From Leptogorgia sarmentosa (taxonomy: Eukaryota), in contig OZ210884.1 of the NCBI GenBank assembly GCA_964658305.1, positions 1 through 64,000 of the forward strand: a stretch of 64,000 bases of DNA. The letters are read 5' to 3'. Made by a program: the position numbers and the translations under genes. The number at the start of each line of letters is the position of its first letter. Within the stretch, counting starts at the first letter, position 1. The notes below the pieces were generated by a model, which searched no databases, was not told the origin of the DNA, and worked only from the letters and a program-made list of their open reading frames with translations. Positions 46,301 through 62,525 of the stretch are shown piece by piece.

Positions 46301-49300
46301 GGATTGTTAATCTTTAATCATGTTCGTTAATCGTAATCATGATCGTCAATCATGATCTTTAATCATAATCATGATCGTTAATCGTAATCAGTAATGATAA
46401 TCATAATCGTGAATCTTTATTATGATCGTTTATCATAAGCATGATAGTTAATTATAATCATGATCGTTAATCATAATCATGATCGTTGATCATAATCAGT
46501 AATGATAATAATGATAGTGAATATTTTTTATGATCGTTTATCATAAGCATGATAGTTAATTAGTATCATGACAGTTAATCATAGTCATGATCGTTAATCA
46601 TAATCATAATCGTTAATCATAATCATGATCGTTAATCATAATCAGTAATGATAATCATGATCGTGAGTCTTTATTATGATCGTTTATCATAAGCATGATC
46701 GTTAATTATAATCATGACAGTTAATTATAATCATGAACGTTAATCATAATAATGATCGTTAACCATAATCATGATCGTTAACAGAAATCATGATCGTTAA
46801 TCATAATTATGATCGTTAATATGATCGTTAATCATGACCGTTAATCATAATCATGTTCGTTAATCATGATCGTTAATCATAATCATGATCGTTAATCATG
46901 ATCGTTAATCATAATCGTGATCGTTAATAATGATCATGATCGTTAATCATGATCGTTAATAATGATGATTAATCATAATCATGATCGTTAATCATGATCG
47001 TTAATCATAATCATGATCGTTAATCATATTCAGGATCGTTAATCATAATCATGATCGTCAATCATAATCATAATGGCTAATCATACTCATGATCGTTAGT
47101 CATGATCGTTAATCATAATCATGATCATTAATCATAATCATAATCTTTAATCATAATCATGATCGTTAATCAAAATCATCATCGTTAATCATAATCATGA
47201 TCGTTAATATGATCGTTAATCATGATCTTTGATCATAATGATGATCGTTAATCAAATTCATGATCGTCAATCATCATCGTTAATCATAATCATGTTCGTT
47301 AATGATATTCATGATCGTTAATCATAATCATGATAGTCAATCATAATCATGACCGCTGATCATAATCGTGATAGTTAATCATAATCATGATCGTCAATCA
47401 TAATCATGATCGTCAATCATGATCGTTAATCATAATCATGATCGTTAATAAAATTCATGATCGTCAATCATCATCGTTAATCATATCATGATCGTTTATC
47501 GTAATCATGATCGTTAATCATAATCATGATCGTTAATCCTATTCATAATCGTTAATCATAATCATGTTCGTTAATCATAATCATGATCGTTAATGATGAT
47601 CATTAATCATAATTATGTTCGTTAATCATAATCATGATCGCCAATCATGATCGTTAATCATAATCATGATCGTTAATCATATTCATGATCGTTAATTATA
47701 ATCATGAACGTTAATCATAGTCATGATCTTTAATCACAATTATGATCGTTAATCAAATTCATGATCGTCAATTATCATCGTTAATCATAATCATGATCGT
47801 TAATCATAATCATGATCGTTAATCATAGTCATGATCGTTAATCATAAACATGATCGTTAATGATGGTCATGATCGTTAATCATAATCATAATCGTTAATC
47901 ATATTCATGATCGTTAATCATAATCATGATCGTTAATCAAATTCATGATCGTCAATCATGATCGTTAATCATAATCATCATCTTTAATCATATTCATGAT
48001 CGTTAATCATAATCATCATCGTTATTGAAATTCATGATCATCTATCATAATCCTTAATCATAATCATGATCGTTAATCATAATCATGATCGTTAATCATA
48101 ATCATGATCGTTAATCATATTCATGAACGTTAATAATAATCATGATCGTCAATCATAATCAGGACCGCTAATCGTAATGATGATCGTTAATCATATTCAT
48201 GATCGTTAATCATAATCATGATCGTTAATCAAATTCATGATTGTCAATCATCATCGTTAATCATAATCATGTTCGTTAATCATAATCATGATCGTCAATC
48301 ATGATCGTTAATCATAATCATGATCGTTAATCATATTCATGATCGTTAATCATAATCATGATCGTCAATGATAATCATGACCGATAATCATAATCATGAT
48401 CGTTAATCATATTCATGATCGTTAATCATAATCATGATCGTCAATCATGATCGTTAATCATAATCATGATCGTTAATCATAATCATGATCGTCAATCATG
48501 ATCGTTAATCATATTCATGATCGTTAATCATAATCATGAGCGTCAATCATCATCATGATCGTTAATCATAATCATGATCGTCAATCATGATCGTTAATCA
48601 TAATCATGATCGTTAATCATATTCATGATCGTTAATCATAATCATCATCGTTAATCATAATCATGATCGTCAATCATAATCATGACCGCTAATCATAATC
48701 ATGATAATTAATCAAATTCATGATCGTCAATCATCATCGTTACTCATAATCATGATCGTTAATCATAATCATGATCGTTAATCATGGTCATGATCGTTAA
48801 TCATAAGCATGATCGTAAATCAAATTCCTGATAGTCAATCATCATCGTTAATCATAATCATGATCGTTAATCATATTCATGATCGTCAATCATAATCATG
48901 ATCGTTAATCATATTCATGATCGTTAATAATAATCATGATCGTCAATCATAATCAGGACCGCTAATCGTAATCGTGATCGTTAATCATATTTATGATCGT
49001 TAATCATAATCATGATCGTTAATCAAATTCATGATCGTCAATCATCATCGTTAATCATAATCATGTTCGTTAATGATAATCATGATCGTTAATCATATTC
49101 ATGATCGTTAATCATAATCATGATCGTCAATCATAATCATGACCGCTAATCATAACCATGATCGTTAATCATAATCATGATCGTCAATAATGATCGTTAA
49201 TCATAATCATGATCGTCAATCATCATCATGATCGTTAATCATAATCATGATCGTCAATCATAATCATGACCGATAATCATAATAAAGATCGTTAATCATA

Positions 49301-52300
49301 TTCATGATCGTTAATCATAATCATGATCGTCAATCATCATCATGATCGTTAATCATAATCATGATCGTCAATCATGATCGTTAATCATAATCATGATCGT
49401 TAATCATATTCATGATCGTTAATCATAATCATGATCGACAATCATAATCATGACCGCTAATCATAATCATGATCGTTAATCATAATCATGATCGTCAATC
49501 ATGATCGTTAATCATATTCATGATTGTTAATCATAATCATGAGCGTCAATCATCATCATGATCGTTAATCATAATCATGATCGTCAATCATGATCGTTAA
49601 TCATAATCATGATCGTTAATCATATTCATGATCGTTAATCATAATCATGATCGTCAATCATCATCATGATCGTTAATCATAATCATGATCGTCAATCATG
49701 ATCGTTAATCATAATCATGATCGTTAATCATATTCATGATCGACAATCATAATCATGACCGCTAATCATAATCATGATCGTCAATCATCATCATGATCGT
49801 TAATCATAATCATGATCGTCAATCATGATCGTTAATCATAATCATGATCGTTAATCATATTCATGATCGTTAATAATAATCATGATCGTCAATCATAATC
49901 AGGACCGCTAATCGTAATCATGATCGTTAATCATATTCATGATCGTTAATCATAATCATGATCGTTAATCAAATTCATGATTGTCAATCATCATCGTTAA
50001 TCATAATCATGTTCGTTAATCATAATCATGATCGTTAATCATAATCATGATCGTTAATCATATTCATGATCGTTAATCATAATCATGATCGTCAATGATA
50101 ATCATGACCGATAATCATAATCATGATCGTTAATCATATTCATGATCGTTAATCATAATCATGATCGTCAATCATGATCGTTAATCATAATCATGATCGT
50201 TAATCATATTCATGATCGTTGATCATAATCATGATCGACAATCATAATCATGACCGCTAATCATAATCATGATCGTTAATCATAATCATGATCGTCAATT
50301 ATGATCGTTAATCATATTCATGGTCGTTAATCATAATCATGAGCGTCAATCATCATCATGATCGTTAATCATAATCATGATCGTCAATCATGATCGTTAA
50401 TCATAATCATGATCGTTAATCATATTCATGATCGTTAATCACAATCATCATCGTTAATCATAATCATGATCGTCAATCATAATCATGACCGCTAATCATA
50501 ATCATGATAATTAATCAAATTCATGATCGTCAATCATCATCGTTACTCATAATCATGATCGTTAATCATAATCATGATCGTTAATCATGGTCATGATCGT
50601 TAATCATAAGCATGATCGTAAATCAAATTCCTGATAGTCAATCATCATCGTCAATCATAATCATGATCATTAATCGTAATCATGACCGTTAATCAAAATC
50701 ATGACCGCTAATCATAATCATGATCCTTAATCAGATTCATGATCGTTAATCATAATCATGATCGTCAATCATAATCATGACCGCTAATCAAAATCATGAT
50801 CGTTAATCATAATCTTGATCGTCAATCATAATCATGACCGCTAATCAAAATCATGATCGTTAATCATAATCATGATCGTCAATCATGATCGTTAATCATA
50901 TTCATGATCGCTAATCATAATCATGATCGTCAATCATCATCATGATCGTTAATCATAATCATGATCGTCAATCATGATCGTTAGTCATAATCATGATCGT
51001 TAATCATATTCATGATCGTTAATCATAATCATGATCGACAATCATAATCATGACCGCTAATCATAATCATGATCGTCAATCATAATCATGACCGCTAATC
51101 ATAATCATGATAATTAATCAAATTCATGATCGTCAATCATCATCGTTAATCATAATAAAGATCGGTAATCATAATCATCATCGTTAATCATAATCATGAT
51201 CGTTAATCATAATCATGACCGTTAATCAAAATCATGACCGCTAATCATAATCATGATCGTCAATCATAATCATGACCGCTAATCATAATCATGATCCTTA
51301 ATCATATTCATGATCGTTAATCATAATCATGATCGTCAATCATAATAATGACCGCTAATCATAATCATGATCGTCAATCATAATCATGACCGCTAATCAT
51401 AATCATGATCCTTAATCATATTCATGTTCGTTAATCGTAATCATGATCGTCAATCATGATCTTTAACTATAATCATGATCGTTAATCAAATTCATGATCG
51501 TCAATCATCATCGTTAATCATAATCATGTTCGTTAATCATAATCATGATCGTCAATCATGATCGTTAATCATAATCCTGATCGTTAATCATATTCATTAT
51601 CGTTAATCATAATCATGATCGACAATAATAATCATGACCGCTAATCATAATCATGACCGCTAATCATAATCATGATAATAAATCAAATTCATGATCGTCA
51701 ATCATCATCGTTAATCATAATCATGATCGTTAATCATAATCATGATCGTTAATCATGGTCATGATCGTTAATCATAATCATGATGGTAAATCGAATTCCA
51801 GGTCGTCAATCAACATCGTTAATCATAATCATGATCGTTAATCGTAATCATTATCGTTAATCATAATCATGATCGTTAATCATGATCGTTTATCATAATC
51901 ATGATCATTAATCATAATCATAATCTTTTATCGTAATCATGATCGTTAATCATAATCATGATCGTTAATCCTATTCATAATCGTTAATCATAATCATGAT
52001 CGTTAATCATAATCATGATCGTTAATGATGATCATTAATCATAATTATGTTCGTTAATCATAATCATGATCGCCAATCATGATCGTTAATCATAATCATG
52101 ATCGTTAATCATATTCATGATCGTTAATTATAATCATGAATGTTAATCATAGTCATGATCTTTAATCACAATTATGATCGTTAATCAAATTCATGATCGT
52201 CAATTATCATCGTTAATCATAATCATGATCGTTAATCATAATCATGATCGTTAATCATAGTCATGATCGTTAATCATAAACATGATCGTTAATGATGGTC

Positions 52301-55300
52301 ATGATCGTTAATCATAATCATAATCGTTAATCATATTCATGATCGTTAATCATAATCATGATCGTTAATCAAATTCATGATCGTCAATCATGATCGTTAA
52401 TCATAATCATCATCTTTAATCATATTCATGATCGTTAATCATAATCATGATCGTTAATCATAATCATGATCGTTAATCATATTCATGAACGTTAATAATA
52501 ATCATGATCGTCAATCATAATCAGGACCGCTAATCGTAATGATGATCGTTAATCATATTCATGATCGTTAATCATAATCATGATCGTTAATCAAATTCAT
52601 GATTGTCAATCATCATCGTTAATCATAATCATGTTCGTTAATCATAATCATGATCGTCAATCATGATCGTTAATCATAATCATGATCGTTAATCATATTC
52701 ATGATCGTTAATCATAATCATGATCGTCAATGATAATCATGACCGATAATCATAATCATGATCGTTAATCATATTCATGATCGTTAATCATAATCATGAT
52801 CGTCAATCATGATCGTTAATCATAATCATGATCGTTAATCATAATCGTGATCGTCAATCATGATCGTTAATCATATTCATGATCGTTAATCATAATCATG
52901 AGCGTCAATCATCATCATGATCGTTAATCATAATCATGATCGTCAATCATGATCGTTAATCATAATCATGATCGTCAATCATGATCGTTAATCATAATCA
53001 TGATCGTTAATCATAATCATGATCGTCAATCATGATCGTTAATCATAATCATGATCGTTAATCATAATCATGATCGTCAATCATGATCGTTAATCATAAT
53101 CATGATCGTTAATCATGGTCATGATCGTTAATCATAAGCATGATCGTAAATCAAATTCCTGATAGTCAATCATCATCGTTAATCATAATCATGATCGTTA
53201 ATCATATTCATGATCGTCAATCATAATCATGATCGTTAATCATATTCATGATCGTTAATAATAATCATGATCGTCAATCATAATCAGGACCGCTAATCGT
53301 AATCGTGATCGTTAATCATATTTATGATCGTTAATCATAATCATGATCGTTAATCAAATTCATGATCGTCAATCATCATCGTTAATCATAATCATGTTCG
53401 TTAATGATAATCATGATCGTTAATCATATTCATGATCGTTAATCATAATCATGATCGTCAATCATAATCATGACCGCTAATCATAATCATGATCGTTAAT
53501 CATAATCATGATCGTCAATAATGATCGTTAATCATAATCATGATCGTCAATCATAATCATGACCGATAATCATAATAAAGATCGTTAATCATATTCATGA
53601 TCGTTAATCATAATCATGATCGTCAATCATCATCATGATCGTTAATCATAATCATGATCGTCAATCATGATCGTTAATCATAATCATGATCGTTAATCAT
53701 ATTCATGATCGTTAATCATAATCATGATCGACAATCATAATCATGACCGCTAATCATAATCATGATCGTTAATCATAATCATGATCGTCAATCATGATCG
53801 TTAATCATATTCATGATCGTTAATCATAATCATGAGCGTCAATCATCATCATGATCGTTAATCATAATCATGATCGTCAATCATGATCGTTAATCATAAT
53901 CATGATCGTTAATCAAATTCATGATCGTTAATCATAATCATGATCGTCAATCATCATCATGATCGTTAATCATAATCATGATCGTCAATCATGATCGTTA
54001 ATCATAATCATGATCGTTAATCATATTCATGATCGACAATCATAATCATGACCGCTAATCATAATCATGATCGTCAATCATCATCATGATCGTTAATCAT
54101 AATCATGATCGTCAGTCATGATCGTTAATCATAATCATGATCGTTAATCATATTCATGATCGTTAATAATAATCATGATCGTCAATCATAATCAGGACCG
54201 CTAATCGTAATCATGATCGTTAATCATATTCATGATCGTTAATCATAATCATGATCGTTAATCAAATTCATGATTGTCAATCATCATCGTTAATCATAAT
54301 CATGTTCGTTAATCATAATCATGATCGTTAATCATAATCATGATCGTCAATGATAATCATGACCGATAATCATAATCATGATCGTTAATCATATTCATGA
54401 TCGTTAATCATAATCATGATCGTCAATCATGATTGTTAATCATAATCATGATCGTTAATCATATTCATGATCGTTGATCATAATCATGATCGACAATCAT
54501 AATCATGACCGCTAATCATAATCATGATCGTTAATCATAATCATGATCGTCAATTATGATCGTTAATCATATTCATGGTCGTTAATCATAATCATGAGCG
54601 TCAATCATCATCATGATCGTTAATCATAATCATGATCGTCAATCATGATCGTTAATCATAATCATGATCGTTAATCATATTCATGATCGTTAATCATAAT
54701 CATCATCGTTAATCATAATCATGATCGTCAATCATAATCATGACCGCTAATCATAATCATGATAATTAATCAAATTCATGATCGTCAATCATCATCGTTA
54801 CTCATAATCATGATCGTTAATCATAATCATGATCGTTAATCATGGTCATGATCGTTAATCATAAGCATGATCGTAAATCAAATTCCTGATAGTGAATCAT
54901 CATCGTCAATCATAATCATGATCATTAATCGTAATCATGACCGTTAATCAAAATCATGACCGCTAATCATAATCATGATCCTTAATCAGATTCATGATCG
55001 TTAATCATAATCATGATCGTCAATCATAATCATGACCGCTAATCAAAATCATGATCGTTAATCATAATCATGATCGTCAATCATGATCGTTAATCATATT
55101 CATGATTGCTAATCATAATCATGATCGTCAATCATCATCATGATCGTTAATCATAATCATGATCGTCAATCATGATCGTTAGTCATAATCATGATCGTTA
55201 ATCATATTCATGATCGTTAATCATAATCATGATCGACAATCATAATCATGATGGCTAATCATAATCATGATCGTCAATCATAATCATGACCGCTAATCAT

Positions 55301-58300
55301 AATCATGATAATTAATCAAATTCATGATCGTCAATCATCATCGTTAATCATAATAAAGGTCGTTAATCATAATTATCATCGTTAATCATGGTCATGATCG
55401 TTAATCATAATCATGACCGTAAATCAAATTCCTGATAGTCAATCATCATCGTCAATCATAATCATGATCGTTAATCGTAATCATGAACGTTAATCATAAT
55501 CATGATCGTTAATCATAATCATTATCGTTAATATGATCGTTAATATGATCGTTAATCATGTTCGTTAATCATGATCGTCAATCATGATCGTTAATCATAA
55601 TCATCATCTTTAATCATATTCATGATCGTTAATCATAATCATCATCGTTATTGAAATTCATGATCATCTATCATAATCCTTAATCATAATCATGATCGTT
55701 AATCATAATCATGATCGTTAATCATAATCATGATCGTTAATCATATTCATGATCGTTAATAATAATCATGATCGTCAATCATAATCAGGACCGCTAATCG
55801 TAATGATGATCGTTAATCATATTCATGATCGTTAATCATAATCATGATCGTTAATCAAATTCTCTATTGTCAATCATCATCGTTAATCATAATCATGTTC
55901 GTTAATCATAATCATGATCGTCAATCATGATCGTTAATCATAATCATGATCGTTAATCATATTCATGATCGTTAATCATAATCATGATCGTCAATGATAA
56001 TCATGACCGATAATCATAATCATGATCGTTAATCATATTCATTATCGTTAATCATAATCATGATCGTCAATCATGATAGTTAATCATAATCATGATCGTT
56101 AATCATAATCATGATCGTCAATCATGATCGTTAATCATATTCATGATCGTTAATCATAATCATGAGCGTCTATCATCATCATGATCGTTAATCATAATCA
56201 TGATCGTCAATCATGATCGTTAATCATAATCATGATCGTTAATCATATTCACGATCGTTAATCATAATCATCATCGTTAATCATAATCATGATCGTCAAT
56301 CATAATCATGACCGCTAATCATAATCATGATAATTAATCAAATTCATGATCGTCAATCATCATCGTTACTCATAATCATGATCGTTAATCATAATCATGA
56401 TCGTTAATCATGGTCATGATCGTTAATCATAAGCATGATCGTAAATCAAATTCCTGATAGTCAATCATCATCCTTAATCATAATCATGATCGTTAATCAT
56501 ATTCATGATCGTCAATCATAATCATGATCGTTAATCATATTCATGATCGTTAATAATAATCATGATCGTCAATCATAATCAGGACCGCTAATCGTAATCG
56601 TGATCGTTAATCATATTTATGATCGTTAATCATAATCATGATCGTTAATCAAATTCATGATCGTCAATCATCATCGTTAATCATAATCATGTTCGTTAAT
56701 GATAATCATGATCGTTAATCATATTCATGATCGTTAATCATAATCATGATCGTCAATCATAATCATGACCGCTAATCATAATCATGATCGTTAATCATAA
56801 TCATGATCGTCAATAATGATCGTTAATCATAATCATGATCGTCAATCATAATCATGACCGATAATCATAATAATGATCGTTAATCATATTCATGATCGTT
56901 AATCATAATCATGATCGTCAATCATCATCATGATCGTTAATCATAATCATGATCGTCAATCATGATCGTTAATCATAATCATGATCGTTAATCATATTCA
57001 TGATCGTTAATCATAATCATGATCGACAATCATAATCATGACCGCTAATCATAATCATGATCGTTAATCATAATCACGATCGTCAATCATGATCGTTAAT
57101 CATATTCATGATCGTTAATCATAATCATGAGCGTCAATCATCATCATGATCGTTAATCATAATCATGATCGTCAATCATGATCGTTAATCATAATCATGA
57201 TCGTTAATCATATTCATGATCGTTAATCATAATCATGATCGTCAATCATCATCATGATCGTTAATCATAATCATGATCGTCAATCATGATCGTTAATCAT
57301 AATCATGATCGTTAATCATATTCATGATCGACAATCATAATCATGACCGCTAATCATAATCATGATCGTCAATCATAATCATGACCGCTAATCATAATCA
57401 TGATCCTTAATCATATTCATGATCGTTAATCATAATCATGATCGTCAATCATAATCATGACCGCTAATCATAATCATGATCGTTAATCATAATCATGATC
57501 GTCAATCATGATCGTTAATCATATTCATGATCGTTAATCATAATCATGATCGTTAATCATAATCATGATCGTTAATCATAATCATGACCGTTAATCAAAA
57601 TCATGACCGCTAATCATAATCATGATCGTTAATCATATTCATGATCGTTAATCATAATCATGATCGTCAATCATAATCATGACCGCTAATCATAATCATG
57701 ATCGTTAATCGTAATCATGATCGTCAATCATGATCGTAAATCATATTCATGATCGTTAATCATAATCATGATCGTCAATCATCATCATGATCGTTAATCA
57801 TAATCATGATCGTCAATCATGATCGTTAATCATAATCATGATCGTCAATCATATTCATGATCGTTAATCATAATCATGATCGACAATCATAATCATGACC
57901 GCTGATCATAATCATGATCGTCAATCATAATCATGACCGCTAATCATAATCATGATAATTAATCAAATTCATGATCGTCAATCATCATCGTTAATCATCA
58001 ATCATGATCGTTAATCATAATCATGATCCTTAATCATATTCATGATCGTTAATCATAATCATGATCGTTAATCACAATCATGATCATTAATCATGATCAT
58101 AATCTTTAATCATAATCGTGATCGTTAATCATATTCATGTTCGTTAATCGTAATCATGATCGTCAATCCTGATCTTTAACTATAATCATGATCGTTAATC
58201 AAATTCATGATCGTCAATCATCATCGTTAATCAAAATCATTTTCGTTAATCATAATCATGATCGTCAATCATGATCGTTAATCATAATCCTGATCGTTAA

Positions 58301-61300
58301 TCATATTCATTATCGTTAATCATAATCATGATCGACAATCATAATCATGACCGCTAATCATAATCATGACCGCTAATCATAATCATGATAATTAATCAAA
58401 TTCATGATCGTCAATCATCATCGTTAATCATAATCATGATCGTTAATCATAATCATGATCGTTAATCATAATCATGATGGTAAATCGAATTCCAGGTCGT
58501 CAATCATCATCGTTAATCATAATCATGATCGTTAATCGTAATCATGATCGTTAATCATAATCATGATCGTTAATCATGATCGTTTATCATAATCATGATC
58601 ATTAATCATAATCATAATCTTTAATCATAATCATGATCGTTAATCATAATCATGATCACTAATCATAATCATGATCGTTAATCATAATCATGATCGTTAT
58701 TCATGATCGTTTATCATAATCATGATCATTAATCATAATCATAATCTTTAATCATAATCATGATCGTTAATCATAACCATGATTGTCAATGATAATCATG
58801 ATCGTTAATCATAATCATGATCGCTAATCATAATCATGCCGGTTAATCATAATCATGTTCGTTAATCATAATCATGATCGTCAATCATAATCATGTTCGT
58901 TAATCATAATCATGATCGTCAATCATGATCGTCAATCATAATCATGACCACTTATCATAATCATGATCGTTAATCAAATTCATGATCGTCAATCATCAGC
59001 TTTAATCATAATCATGATCGTTAATCATAATCATGATCGTTAATCATAATCATGATCACTAATCATAATCATGATCGTTAATCATAATCATGATCGTTAT
59101 TCATGATCGTTTATCATAATCATGATCATTAATCATAATCATAATCTTTAATCATAATCATGATCGTTAATCATAACCATGATTGTCAATGATAATCATG
59201 ATCGTTAATCATAATCATGATCGCTAATCATAATCATGCCGGTTAATCATAATCATGTTCGTTAATCATAATCATGATCGTCAATCATAATCATGTTCGT
59301 TAATCATAATCATGATCGTCAATCATGATCGTCAATTATAATCATGACCACTTATCATAATCATGATCGTTAATCAAATTCATGATCGTCAATCATCAGC
59401 TTTAATCATAATCATGATCGTTAATCATAATCATGATCGTTAATCATAATCAGGATTGTTAATCTTTAATCATGTTGGTTAATCGTAATCATGATCGTCA
59501 ATCATGATCTTTAATCATAATCATGATCGTTAATCGTAATCAGTAATGATAATCATAATCGTGAATCTTTATTATGATCGTTTATCATAAGCATGATAGT
59601 TAATTATAATCATGATCGTTAATCATAATCATGATCGTTGATCATAATAATGATCGTTAATCATAATCATGATCGTTAATCGTAATCATGATCCTTAACC
59701 ATAATCATGGTCGTTAATCATAATCATGATCGTTAATCATAATCATGATAGTTAATCATAATCATGACCGTTAATCATGATCGTTAACCATAATCATGAT
59801 CGTGAATCATGATCGTTAATTATCATCGTTAATCATAATCATGATCGTTAATCAAATTCATGATCGTCAATCATCATCGTTAATCATATTCATGATCGTT
59901 AATCATAATCATGATCGTTAATCAAATTCATGATCGTCAATCATAATCATGATCGTTAATCATAATCATGATCGTTAACAGAAATCATGATCGTTAATCA
60001 TAATTATGATCGTTAATATGATCGTTAATCATGACCGTTAATCATAATCGTTATCGTTAATCACGATCATGATCGTTAATCATGATCGTTAATCATGATG
60101 GTTAATCATAATCATGATCTCTAATCATAATCATGATCGTTAATCATAACCATGATCGTCAATGATAATCATGATCGTTAATCATAATCATGATCGTTAA
60201 TCATAATCATGATCGTTAATCATAATCATGATCGTCCATCATAATCATAATCGCTAATCATAATCATGATCGTTGATCATAATCAGTAATGATAATCATC
60301 ATCGTGAATCTTTATTATGATCGTTTATCATAAGCATGATAGTTAATTATAATCATGATCGTTAATCGAAATCATCATCGTTAATCATACTCATGATCGT
60401 TAATATGATCGTTAATCATGATCTTTGATCATAATGATGATCGTTAATCAAATTCATGATCGTCAATCATCATCGTTAATCATAATCATGTTCGTTAATG
60501 ATATTCATGATCGTTAATCATAATCATGATAGTCAATCATAATCATGACCGCTGATGATAATCGTGATAGTTAATCATAATCATGATCGTCAATCATAAT
60601 CATGATCGTCAATCATGATCGTTAATCATAATCATGATCGTTAATAAAATTCATGATCGTCAATCATCATCGTTAATCATATCATGATCGTTTATCGTAA
60701 TCATAATCGTTAATCATAATCATGATCGTTAATCCTATTCATAATCGTTAATCATAATCATGATCGTTAATCATAATCATGATCGTTAATGATGATCATT
60801 AATCATAATTATGTTCGTTAATCATAATCATGATCGCCAATCATGATCGTTAATCATAATCATGATCGCCAATCATGATCGTTAATGATGGTCATGATCG
60901 TTAATCATAATCATAATCGTTAATCATATTCATGATCGTTAATCATAATCATGATCGTTAATAAAATTCATGATCGTCAATCATCATCGTTAATCATAAT
61001 CATGATCGTTAATCGTAATCATGATCCTTAACCATAATCATGGTCGTTAATCATAATCATGATCGTTAATCATAATCATGATAGTTAATCATAATCATGA
61101 CCGTTAATCATGATCGTTAACCATAATCATGATCGTGAATCATGATCGTTAATTATCATCGTTAATCATAATCATGATCGTTAATCAAATTCATGATCGT
61201 CAATCATCATCGTTAATCATATTCATGATCGTTAATCATAATCATGATCGTTAATCAAATTCATGATCGTCAATCATAATCATGATCGTTAATCAAATTC

Positions 61301-62525
61301 ATGATCGTCAATCATCATAGTTAATCATAATCATGATCGTTAATCGTAATCATGATCCTTAATCATAATCATGATCATTAATCATAATCATGTTCGTTAA
61401 TCATAATCATGATCGTCAATCATAATCATGATCGTTAATCATGATCGTTAATCATGATCGTTAATCATGATCGTTAATCACGATCGTTAATCATAATCAT
61501 GATTGTTAATCATAATCATGATCGTTAATCATAATCATGATAGTTAATCATAATCATGATCGTTAATCATGATCGTTAATCATAATCATGATCGTGAATC
61601 ATGATCGTTAATTATCATCGTTAATCATAATCATGATCATTAATAATGATAATGATCGTTAATCATAATCATCATCGTTAATCATATTCATGATCGTTAA
61701 TCATATTCATGATCGTTAATCAAATTCATGATCGTCAATCGTCATCCTTAATCATAGTCATGATCGTTAATCGTAATCATGATCGTTAATCATAATCATG
61801 ATCGTAAAACATAATCATGATCGTTAATCATATTCATGATAGTTAATCATAATCATGATCCTCAATCATAATCATGGCCGCAAATCATAATCATGATCGT
61901 TAATCATAATCATGATCGTCAATCATAATCATGATTGTTAATCATTATCGTTAATCATAATCCTGATCGTTAATCATAATGATGATCGTTAATAAAAATG
62001 ATGATCGTTAATCATAATTATGATCTTTAATGTGATCGTTAATCATGATCGTTAATCATAATCATGATCGTTAATCATGATCGTTAATCATGATATTTAA
62101 TCATAATCATGATCGTTAATCATGACCATGATCGTTAATCATAATCATGATCGTTAATCATGATCGTTAATCATGATCGTTATTGATAATCATGATCGTT
62201 ATTGATAATAATGATCGTTAATTATAATCATGATCGTTAATCATAACCATGATCGTCAATGATAATCATGATCGTTAATCATAATCATGATCGTCAATCA
62301 TAATCATAATCTTTAATCATAATCATGATCGTCAATCATAATCATGATTGTTAATCATTATCGTTAATCATAATCCTGATCGTTAATCATAATGATGATC
62401 GTTAATAAAAATGATGATCGTTAATCATAATTATGATCTTTAATGTGATCGTTAATCATGATCGTTAATCATAATCATGATCGTTAATCATAATCATGAT
62501 CGTTAATATGATTGTTAATCATAAT

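Larger units (their letters stand above)
36323..62525 (-). repeat. Same satellite, reverse orientation (+ strand reads ATGATCGTTAATCATAATC)
   Basis: Exact reverse complement of the 19-bp consensus and of its diagnostic variants (ATGACCGCTAATC, ATATTC, AAATTCCTG). Ends at ...GTTAATCATAAT ~62525. Confidence 0.98.

Noticed and set aside
1..62525. CRISPR array, telomeric repeat, or repeat-encoded protein
   Set aside because: No unique spacers, no G-rich telomeric motif, and the 19-bp period distributes TAA/TGA stops over all frames; the ORF track is empty here.
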